NCBI GenBank assembly: GCA_965649765.1
Contig: OZ287748.1
Coordinates: 59,148,001-59,212,000, forward strand
Length of the DNA stretch: 64,000 nucleotides
Direction: 5' to 3'
DNA from: Bispira polyomma
Lineage: Eukaryota
The position numbers and the translations under genes were made by a program. The notes beneath the pieces are model-generated. The model saw only the letters and a program-made list of their open reading frames with translations. It was not told where the DNA came from and did not search any database. This document shows, piece by piece, positions 49,972 to 61,900 of this stretch (position 1 is the stretch's first letter; every line of letters begins with the position of its first letter).

Positions 49972-52900
49972 CTGCAAACATGTAAAGGCTATAATTATCT
50001 GGAAATATGAGCTTTTGTGCCATTTTATAATTAACTTTGAATACATTTATGCCATGATATAAATAGTAACATATTCTACTGATTAAATAGTCAATTTAAA
50101 TAATCTTATAGATACTATATTGGTATTATCGATTTATTACTTTAGAAAGTTATTGTTAAATATTATGTGTACTTGATCAACGGAGTTTTTCTGTTGGTGA
50201 GGGTTAATGCAAGAGTGTTTAATATTTTTAGGATGAGTTGACTAAAACTTCTTACCGTCTGATGAAGCACAACACTCCTATTACAGTAAAGACACAGATG
50301 GCAATCAGAGTCACACCCACTGCAATGGCTATAATTGTACCTGGGACAGAATTTATGTTTTAAAGACCAAGAAGCATTAAAATAGCATGAAAATATTTTT
50401 AACAAAAAAAAAACAACCTAAATCACAAATGATTGATTACTTCCCCATCAATGAAGTCTAATTTCACCCTTGGATGACTGAAGATCAAATTATTTAGTAA
50501 TGTTACCCTCGACTTTAAATCTCCCACAGGTTACTGAATGTTACTGAAATTAATGGCTTATAACATTTTTAATTAAGCCTGGGCTTTCTTTTAACATGTT
50601 TTTCTCGGCCATATTTATCAGTCGTTATTTATTATTACCAAAGGTTTTCTTTCAACATATTTCCCTCAGATCAGATCAGACGTCGGCTGACGTTTGTTAC
50701 ACCATCAGAATTTATCAGTTAGGCACCCAAAAAATCGAGAGGTCTGTCGGATTTTTAAACAAAAATGGAGATTTAGTACATATCGGATGAAAAGAAGTGC
50801 TACATCGGCTAATGTCAGATCGGATAGGATGTTAATAAATCAGCCGAAGTGTGAATCTGCTGAAAAGAAGCCATGGACCTCCTTTCAGCATGTTTTTCTT
50901 GGCCGACATTTTCGGTCATTACATAATACTACCAAGTGCTTCCATTAAACATATTTCAGATCAGATCAGACATTGGCCGGCATCTGTTACACCAACAGAA
51001 TTTAACGGTCAGGAAGCGAAAAAATTGGCAAGCCGGTCCAATTTTTTTAGCAAAAAAAAAAAAATTTAATAATAAAATATTTAGTACATATTGGATGAAA
51101 GGAAGCACTACATTGGCCAACGTCGGATTGGCTCGGATGTTAAAAAATCGGCCCATTGAAAGGAAGCCCAGGCTAAGTCATGATTTTTATTCAATCACAT
51201 TTATTGTGACAAAGTACCAAAAACATAAAAATACATTCCTACCTGAAGACATCTTGTTTTTGCTGTCTATATTTGTCTGTTGCTGATTGCCAGAATTTGC
51301 ATTTTGTGTAGAAGTGGAAGATATGTCCATTGTTGGGGTACCACTGGTACCTGTATTTGCTCCTGTACTCATAATAGATGACTCTGTAGCACTAGTTGGT
51401 GCAGACACAGTTGATCCCATATTTAATGTAGTGGACTGTATTTCGGAAGAACTGGTTACTGAAGATGTTGATGATACTTGCTGGTCAGTAAACTCTGTGG
51501 ATATTTCGGTGGTTGTCTCTACTGTTTGTTTTGATGTTGAAGCATGTGGAGAACTTGAGGATGACATAGTTGTGGTCACTGTGGGTACTCCTTCACCACA
51601 CTTTATTTGCAATGAGCCTACTTCATTTTCTACAACTTTAATACAGAGAAAAAAAAGGTTCACACATTGTTTAACTGGTGTGTGATAAGTACTTCTCTAG
51701 GATATTTTTTGTTTGCACATATGTGTCCAAAACAATATAAATAGGTTTCAGTATATATGTGAATAACATGTGTGCCATTTTTTTTGCTTCTCCTATAATT
51801 ATTTTTCATATTGTAATGTACTTACCCCCGACTGGTAATATAAAATGTACTGCTACATTGCCATCATTTTCATCATTGGTGTACTGTACACTGAAGCTTT
51901 CTTCATCCATACCAGTATTGATGTGAATCCTTTGTAAGTTACTGATTACACCAGGTAATATATGATATTCAGTATCGCCATTAATGGCTTTTATTATAAT
52001 TTGGGAATTTCTATCAGCAGTTTCAAACAATGTTCCTGGCCCTCCAATATACAAATTACTAATCCCCAAAGATGTAATGGTGCATGTACCGTTTAACATT
52101 GTTATCTCATTACTTGGGCTATCATAAACACATGTGCTCCAGTTTTGAAATAATCCACTATGGCTTTCAATATACACCATGTCTGCCATTTGTACAGTTG
52201 AATCATTTTGCATTGAAATCACTTCCAACTTAGAAGGAGTCTTGCAAATATACGTCATATGGAAGATACGTGGATAATCTTCTTGTAAAGACGTTGTAGC
52301 TGTTCTATCAGAATCATCATTGTTGCTGCTTATTTCCCATTTTATTGAATATTTATTGGCATAGACTTTGTCAAAATCAAATGCGAATTCGCCAAACATT
52401 AAATCAGGTCTTTGTCGTATTGCTAATACACGTGAAGTATTCAGAGTTTCCAGGTATTCTGTAGAATTGTATGTACAGTTGTTAATGTAGTACATAGAAT
52501 CCTGCAGAACTAGTTCAATAACACTGAGCCTTCTAATTTGGTTGGAGTATTTACACAGTGGTTGAAGGTCTGACAGGTAGGTTTTGCAGAGAAGTCTTGA
52601 CTTCAGACCTGAAATTTAGGTTTTAGTAATAATTATTTTGAGCAAAACTAAAAAAAAGTAAACAGAATATAATACAATATTTCTCTTTACACTTCAGCTT
52701 CATACAAATGTTATCCACTAAGTAGAATACACATCATTAAGTTATGCGTTAAGTATGGTTCGGATAAATGAACTGCTTATCTGAATAATTATAATAGTTT
52801 TTTTAGTGAGACAAACAACAGCAGTCCACAGGGTAACCTCAGAAAGGGGTGACAGGGAAGAAGATGATAAATAATGAAAACAGCATTAGCATCTTTGGGC

Positions 52901-55900
52901 ATTTATTTCTACACACATACTTTAACATATAAGACTAAAAGGTTAGTATTGTTAAGTTAACTATATTTTGTACAAGATAAGGTGACCAGTAAGATTAAGG
53001 TCAACCTTACAGCATTAAATTAACCTTTACATAAGAATGTAAAAACAGGAGGTGACTTTAAGGTCACTAACACAGTTACAATTGACTGGATTTATCTGGA
53101 ATGATTTAAGGTCACCTTAAGTTTTAACTTTAGAACTTTAAAAAGTTAGATGAAGAGTTTTAACTTTAAGGTTAACTTTGAGGAGTGACTTAAGGCCACC
53201 TTAAGTTAAACTTTTTTTACTTTACATTAGTTACCCGAAGAGTTCTAACTTTAAGTTTAACTTAAAATTAAGTAGGGGAACTTAAAGCCACCTACATATT
53301 ATAAAGCACTACTAATAGATTTAAGGTTGACTTAAGGTCACCTTAAGAAATTTTACCTGTGCAGTTTAAGTGAAGGCAACCTTAAGGGCTACCTTCCAAG
53401 GTAAACTGGCATTGATAGTTTAAGATAAGTTTTAGTAGTTACTATATATTACCATTACATGTAAAACTAACTATATACAAAGCCTAAACGCCATGCTAGT
53501 ACTATTTATGCATGATATTTTGTAGGGAACGTGCGACAGAGGCTGACACGTTAGGGGTGGACTGCAGGTATGCTCATAATGCCGAAGAACACCATCCCCC
53601 ATGGGCCCAAGATAAAGACACAATGATTTTTCTTAACACTCGCCCTACTTTATAGGCGGTAAGGGGTACCAGTTTTCGATTTACTTTATACATAAACACT
53701 GGGGATTCCTGGGTGTTCTTATTTTTGGCCAATATTGACCTGAGAGCTGTGACTGGGCACAAAAGAGGGTTTCTAAGGGCAGGTAATTGCACCATGTGAT
53801 ATTGATTATACTTTTGTAATTTTTTGCCCAACGCAAAACAACATGAACACCAGGAGATCCCCATACAAAATCTTGACAAGTTAAGTGCCTTTCAGGATTG
53901 AAGGACAAGCGGAAAAACCCAAGAAGGCCGTTAAGAATAAGGCCTGAAACACATAAGAATGTGGAAATAAATTTAACTGCTGCATAATAGCAGTAAGAAT
54001 GGGTAAGGTGATAATTCCCTTTAACCTGGGGGAATAGGGAGTTGACATGGACAAAGATCTGAAAAAAAGTCTTTTCTGGAGATGAGACAGCAGCCCTACT
54101 GGAACAGACCACAATTGAAAATGGTGCTTTGCGGCTGACACATAGTTCTGTATTGAACGGGGTTTTAATCGCTGCTGAGCTAGATACTCTAAAAATTGTA
54201 GCATAAACTCTAGGGAGGTTACCTCTTCAACTCCTAAGAACAAAGCAAACGCCAGAAACCATTTAATGCAATTTTCATATGCTTGCTGGGTTCTTTCAGT
54301 TAAGGCATTTTCAAGCCTGGTAGAAGCTGATCTTAGTAGGAGTTTTTGCAAAGGGGCACCTGAAAAGTACATCAAAATTTCATATTCAGTGCAAATTTTT
54401 CTTTGCTCACTGATCACCACTTTTTATGTTTTACTTCATTATGAACTTTTTGGTCTATATACCCAGGGATGTACATGCGAGACAGATAATCTGCTTGGAC
54501 ATTCTTCACCCCTGCAATATGCACAATTTCCAGTTTTACATTGAATTTTGCAGTTTCAAGCCAAATACAACGAGCCAACATGCCCAGAATTTTGTCATAG
54601 AATCGCTTTGAATTCAAGCCAGCTACTACCGCCCCATTGTCGCACTATAACTTTATGGTGCAGTTCTGGAAGCATTTTCCCCAAACTCTCATACCTAGAA
54701 CTAGGATGTTCCACATTTCAAAATGAACTATGGTCATGTCCGTCAGTTTATCTGTCTGGAGGCAAGCTGCATACACATTTTCTGACTACACTGCCCCATT
54801 GCCCATCAGAGACGCGTCCACATATAGATCATAGGTGGGCTCGTTTTTCAGGTGCATTGCTACCACTCGATTGAATGAACTGAGGAATTTTTGTAAACCA
54901 GCTCAGGTCTGCCTTAAATTCTCTTGTGAGAATAATGTTTCTATTCGGGTAAGTTTCTCTTAGCAGTCCCAACATGCGGTTCAAAAACAACCTGGCAGGG
55001 GCCACACATCTGGTTATATAGAGCAATTTGCCCAAAATAGACTGCAAGTCTTTTCAAGTATACCTATGCACACCACCTCGTGGGAGGCGGGAAATACTTT
55101 TTTCGGGTTAATGGGCAGACCCAGGTGTTCGATTAATGTGTACAGTTGCTGAAATGATTCCGTTGCTTTTTCACTGGTTTCTATGGCAACCAGATTGTCT
55201 ATGTAATTCCATATCCGAAATTTTTTGGTCCACATTATTCGACGCAAACTGTTTGTGAGTCTTTCACAAATGGCCGTGCCATGCTTATAGCCCATCATTA
55301 CGGCTAAGTCAATGTATGTGTCTTGATCCCATTTGAGACCTGTGTATTTATAGTCAGCTGGATCTATCCGCAAATTTCTAAACGCACGAGATAGATCCAG
55401 CTTGTATAGCAACGCGGTAGGAACTTTTTTGTCAATTCATTTAACCAGCATGTCTACTGTGGGTAATGTTAAAACAAATTCCTGTCCATCATAACTACTG
55501 TCGGTCACCAAATTGTTCACCGAGGTACTATCATGTGGCCATGAAAAATCCACAATCAGTCGCCTGGTTTTGTCATGCTTTGGTCGTGTCATTACAGGAG
55601 AACAATGAAGATTTTTGTAAGAATTTGTGCTAAACAGACCTGCAATGGCTTCATGAAGTCTTTTTTGTTATGAATTATTTGTCTACACTTTGGGGGTGTT
55701 GGAGGGCACTGTCGTAATTCTTAACATTGTTATTGAATTCAAAATGTCCCCCTTCATGTCCAATGGAAACTCAAATTCCAAGTAATCACACAGCTTGCTA
55801 TACCCATCCCTTTTTAATACAGGGGCCGTGGTGGCCTAGTGGTTAGCAAGCATTGTGCTTCACAATCACTGGTCTCTCACCTCTGGCCGACGTGAGTTCG

Positions 55901-58900
55901 AATCCCATCGATGCCTATGTGAGAAAGGTGGTAGTTCCTTACTGTGGGCCGCTGGTTTCAGTGCAGAACCTTGACCGACTGTATGCAGTGTTTCCTCCGG
56001 CGTTTCCAACTACCCGTCCCAATATAACCTACTTAAAGGTACTAGAGTGGACGTTAAATATTCAAATTCAATTCAAACTCTTTTTAAAATATTCCTCCAA
56101 GCTGTCAGATTAAGCTCAGAAGGGACAGGTATTCTAGCGCCCAAGTAATTTGGTTTATGTTATCGAGATACTGCCTCATGTGCTTTGACAGCCCATTCTT
56201 CTAATGTGTCAAATTTAATTGGGTTTCTATTGTTTCACAAACTTGAAGCCAGAGGAAAGACGCAATTAAAACCAAAGTGGTGAACACATTCATCCATATC
56301 ATTGTTACCTTTGTCGTCACCCGAGTTAAGCCTAATTAGGTTCTTTTTGTCACACACCTAAGTGTCAACCTGGGGAGGGCCCTCGTTGAGAACTGCATTT
56401 GCATTTCTGTCAATTAACACCTTTGGGTTGAGAGGAACGGGTTCGCCCTGATAATTGATTATGTGTTTTTATAGAGGGGAGCATTTCTCTTGTTGCTTTC
56501 ACAACCACTTTTTACTCTAGTTTGTCCAACTGTTATGTTGGCATGAAGTGTGTTTGAAGCAGGAACAATGGACTTAGTTGACAGGTCCCCTTCACCTTTT
56601 TGCTCCCTGGAAGCAAACCAAAAATTCCTGTCCATCATAACTACCGTCCTTCACCAAACTGTTCACTGAGGTACTATCATGTGGCTATGAAAGATCGACA
56701 ATCAGTCGCCTGGTTTTGTCATGCTTTGGTCGTGTCATTACAGGAGAACAATGAAGATTTTTGTAAGGATTTGTGCTAAACGGACCTGCAATGGCTTTAT
56801 GAAGTCTTTTCTGTTATGAATTATTTGTCTACACTTTGGGGGTGTTGGAGGGCACTGTCGTAATTCTTAACATTGTTATTGAATTCAAAATGTCCCCCTT
56901 TCATGTCCAACGGAAACTCAAATTCCAAGTAATCGCACAGCTTGTTATCCCCATACCTTTTTAAAAGAGGGGCCGCGGTGGCCTAGTGGTTAGCAAGCAT
57001 TGCGCTTCACAATCACTGGTCTCTCATCTCTGGGCTGCGCGAGTTCGAATCCCGTCGATGCCTATGTGGGAAAGGTGATAGTTCCTTACTGTGGGCCACT
57101 GGTTTCAGTGCATAACCTTGACCGACTGTATGCAGTGTTTCCTCCAGCGTTTCCAACTACCCGTCCCAATATAACGTACTAAAAGGTACTAGAGTGGATG
57201 TTAAATATCCAAATTCAATTCAAACCCTTTTTAAAATATTCCTCCAAGCTGTCAGATTAAGCTCAGAAGGGACAGGTATTCTAGCGCCCAAATAATTTGG
57301 TTTATCCTAACGAGTTACTGCCTCATTCTTCTAATGTGACAAATTTAATTGGGTTTCTATTGTTTCACAAACTTGAAGCCAAAGGAAAGACGCAATTAAA
57401 ACCAAAGTGGTGAACACATTCATCCATATCATTGTTACCTTTGTCGTCGCCCGAGTTAAGCCTAATTAGGTTCTTTTTGTCACACACATAAGTGTCAACC
57501 TGGGGAGGGCCCTCGTTGAGAACTGCATCAATTAACACCTTTGGGTTGAGAGGAATGAGTTTGCCCTGATAATTGATTGTGTTTTTTATAGAGGGGAGCA
57601 TTCCTCTTGTTGCTTTCACAACCACTTTTTACTCTAGTTTGTCCAACCTTCATGTTGGCACAAAGTGTGTTTAAAGCAGAAACAATGGCCTGAGTTGGCA
57701 GGTCCCATTCTCCTTTTTGCTCCCTGGAAGCAAACCTGCCAACTTGTTTACCACTTGTTTACTATTGTTTTCTCTTTTTACAGAATGTTTTGAGGTTTTT
57801 CGCGGGTTTTTACCTATGTACACAGTTGGTTTGCCGCCTTTTTGCAAGGGCGGGAACCCCCCAGCTTGGGGGTCCCCCTCCTCACACCCCTCACCATTGG
57901 TACAAATATGCACCTTTACACACTGAAACTTTACATTTTTACACATACATATATCAGACACAACAGATTTTTAAAATACACTCATTTCCTTAAAACTACC
58001 TGCAATTCTATTTCTCTTAAAACCACTGTTCCAGAACACTCTACTAAAAACTGGCTGTCATTTATAAGAGGCCCCTGGGTTTCCCTAGTCTTACTACTTC
58101 CTTTACAATGAATCTCTCTAGGATTTAGGATTTTCTTATCCTTGCTAAAGAACTTTCCACATGCATGCTTCAGTAACATGCTACAAAACACGTGGTCTTC
58201 TGTTTGGCTACAAGAACCCCTATTAAAAGCATTGCACATGACTGTATTGGTTTTTGATTTGATTTTTTGAGAAGCACTAGTACCACTGGCATTATCATGT
58301 TGGGCAACGTCCTTAAGGGTATGTTGTGTGAGCCTAGACCTTAACTCGTGTATTTCCCCTAAGCTTTTCCAGTCGGCCTTTCCCTTCTCCATTTCCAATA
58401 TTATCTGACAGTGGGCACTCTTGACTGTATACCAAGATGTCTCAAGACCGTCCCTCATTAACTGCATGCCATATTTGAGCATGTTGTCCCTGATCTTACT
58501 ATCTTTTTCCTCATGAATACACCCCAAATATTCCTGAAACCACATCAGTGGTGTGAGTTCCTCATAGGAGGGTTGCTTCTTACCAAATATATTGTAACAC
58601 ATTTCATGGGGCCACGTTATTAAATGTTTCACAGTGTGCTCTGAGGTTCTTTGCAGGCCAGACTTTAGTTCCTTACCGTTTTCAGGGGAAAACAACACCT
58701 GGGATCTGTACTTATGCAGTCTCTTGTCCACTTGGGCCTGGATACTTTCAGTAGTCTTTAGGAACTTTTGACTTGGCAAGATGGCATCATCGAGCCCGTC
58801 GTAATCAGTGTTGTACTTAGAGTCATAGTCAGTCGCCCTTCTACGTCGCCCCCGGCGAGCTCTTGATTCTGATTGTTCATCACTATCTGATTGTGCTTCT

Positions 58901-61900
58901 GGGACATACCCATGTCGCACAGGTGAGCTATATTACACTTCCTGCTCCTTGAGGCTTTTACTCAATTTACAATAGTCCTGATCTCTTTTTACTTCACTCA
59001 TCTCACCTTCCAGTCTATTTAATTTATCCAGAATTAAATCCAACTTTGAATGTTCTGCCCCTCAGCCCCGCCTACAAGTACCAGCACCTCTCTCGTCACC
59101 TGGTCTCCAAGCAGCGAACCAGCTGGGGAAGATGCATCCTGGAAAGGAGTAGGTCGAGGAACTTGAAGCTGACACTGCCGCCCTACCGGGCGCTCATGAG
59201 TAGTCCCACACTTCTTGCACATTGCCATTTTTGCAGGCATTTTAATATTCATTCTGAAATAATCTTAATTGTCCTTTAGTTTGCTGTAAAATATAAGATC
59301 ATGGATGCTGCAGGTTGTGCTTGTAAAGAACAATTAAAAGCTTTTATAATTTTTGGATTTTGATTTTAATTGAATGAATATGTAAGTTTTACATCCGTTA
59401 ATGATAAGCTTGAAAAGCCAAAACAAGCATAAATTGCAGAATCCAATTTAAGGTGACACTCTCTCCCAGTACACTTTAATGACACCTATCAACCCCTTTA
59501 AAAGGGTATTTATACTCCCAGCCAGGCTCCGCCCATCAATGGACTGAGCCACTTTTACTCAAAGGGGAGAGGGGTGATGGGTTACATTTTAAGGTAATGA
59601 GGTGACCTCCTCGGACTGAACCGAAGTGCTTCGCAGCTTCCACACTTTGCATGCTTGATTTAATATAGGTGTGTGTCTTGGATTCCATCAGCCAACACTA
59701 AATTAGTCATCACTCGATTTAAAAGAAATAATATTAATTTGTAGAATATGTAAGTGATTTTTTATAATGCTTTAATATCCATGTTTGCTTTACAATACAC
59801 TTTAAAATTTGGAGATAAATACAAACCAAGCAATTTCAAATTTTCTATGTATAATTAGCCTATTGAATGTCATGTTGCACTTAAGTAGGTTATACACAAG
59901 ATGATTTGCAGTTAGTAATACTTTAAATTAGTAATACATATCTTTAGTGATTTTCTCTGATATTTCTAATATGGAGGTCACTTGAGACAAAACCTTTCAC
60001 TCTCACCTATAAATTGCGCAACAGTTGTCGACGATTGCAGGACTGCCGCAGATGGTGATATTTTTCTGCAGCCTCCTTTATTATTGACATAGCTATCTAA
60101 ATCATGTATTACTTAAAAAAACTCTATGATTTCTATGAAATGATTTTGGTTTATTTGTAATAACAAATGGTGGTACCTTACCAGTGACTATGGCTGTAAG
60201 TGATTGTACTCTATGTTTACATTTTTGATCAAAAATTATATTTATCTCTGCATAGCTATGTAAAACCATATATTACTCACTAGTATCCGACACCATACAA
60301 TAACTGTCCTCATCAACAATACAACCTCTTATGGCATTGTAAACCTGTCCCTGTGGACAGGATTCTTCCTGTAATGTGTCTTTTTCACACAATACTTTGG
60401 TATTGCAAGATTTACAGGAGCGGTAAGAGCCATATTTCATATTGGCGCATGACATCACACATTCATCTTTAAGAATAAAAAACGAGTTAAAATTAGCAAA
60501 AGCTTGTGTAAGAAAAGAGTCACTTATATTATGTGAGCTTTACACATTTTTCCAATTGTTACTAAATCATATTCCGCAAAATCGAATAATCAAGCATTTA
60601 TAAAATATAGATTTCTTTAATACAACATTAAAGAATAAGACTAGGTAATAAATTTTATAATATTAGGTAAAGTAAATTCTCTGTTTGTATATATGTAGGG
60701 ATCGAAAATTCGTGAAAGATTTTATGCCAAACAATCAATAGTATATATACCCTCTTGGTAACATACTGCTTGAGTCTCTGGAGGTTGACACTGAGATCCA
60801 TTACACTGTTGATTATCTAAAACGATATAAGACAGAAATAAGATATGTTTTAAACTTGGTATTGTGATGATTCCAAGGTTTTCAAGTTGAAAAGCAAGGA
60901 CTAGTATTTGTTGTAGCTAAAATGTCGTTAGATTTTAGAACTAATTCAAAATATGTATATGCTTTGACAGAAAAATCAGACAGAATTTCAAATTCTGTTG
61001 AAAGAAATTAAAATTCGAACATCTGTAAACAGATTTTGAAATTCTGTTGAAAATAATAACTTTCTGACAAATTGACCATAATATATGCTATGTGATTGCT
61101 AATACCAATACAATGTTTACTATGTTTAAAGGAAGCTGAGTCCACAAAAAGTTGATGACACTCGAAAATAAGAACCTCATGCAACAGTTTAAAACTTTAT
61201 AACCTCGACAATTAAGCACTGAATATACATATAATACACAGAAGTAAATGTCCACTGTGAGACGTTGTATAGCCCAACTAGCTGATTAATCTGTCTAATC
61301 TTGATCACTTACCACACTTGTCAGGACAAAACCTCCCAGTCAGGGTGCCATCTGGGTTTATAACAGGTGCTCCACATTCACCCCATTTTTTATCCTGTAA
61401 AGAATTTGAATTTGGATATTTAACGTCCACTCTAGTACCTGTTTAGGTTATATTGGGACGGTCTATCCTGTAAAGATATGACCTTTTGTGTGTCAAATAA
61501 TTACCTTGTGGCAAATCGTTTTGTGTGCATGCAGAAGTATACAAAATGATATATACATTCAAATAAATTTTCAGCAAAGATACATCTTCACTTTTTTGCT
61601 TTAGAAGTCGAGTTATTTTTCTTGCTTTAATTTTAGCATAAAGGTTGTATTGCAAAGTTTGTAACATATTAAATTAACATTGGTGACGAAATTGTATTTC
61701 TAACTGGACATATATGTAATTAAAAAAAAAAAATACACTATCTTGTTAACTTTTAACTGTGTGTCTTTGATCTAACAATTGTCAATGACCAGTAAATAAA
61801 TAACTAGATATACTTCATTGCCACTACTGAAATTGAACTGTGTAATCATTTTACATTTACACTTCTACATAATCAAACCAACCTTGTCAATGTTAGATGT

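Larger units (their letters stand above)
55476..57736. repeat. ~1.15 kb tandem duplication inside the DIRS (55476-56619 and 56622-57736)
   Basis: Both copies run aaattcctgtccatcataact...ggaagcaaacc, with substitutions and small indels. Confidence 0.9.
52800..59720 (-). mobile_element. Decayed DIRS-order (tyrosine recombinase) retrotransposon in an intron of gene D
   Basis: gag-like ORFs 59252-57982 (CKKCGTTHERPVGRQC; CNAFNRGSC..H), RT (SPVMTRPK..RRLIVDFSWP; KLDLSRAFRNLRI; YIDN) ~55850-55014, RNase H (HIAGVKNVQADYLSR) to 54414, YR (AFLGF.R...; LCPVTAL) 54420-53570. Many frameshifts; ends approximate. Confidence 0.85.

Noticed and set aside
51287-51685. + strand Val-rich ORF (and similar antisense ORFs at 184, 3638, 22172, 37369, 38807)
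   Set aside because: Antisense shadows of real exons on the opposite strand.
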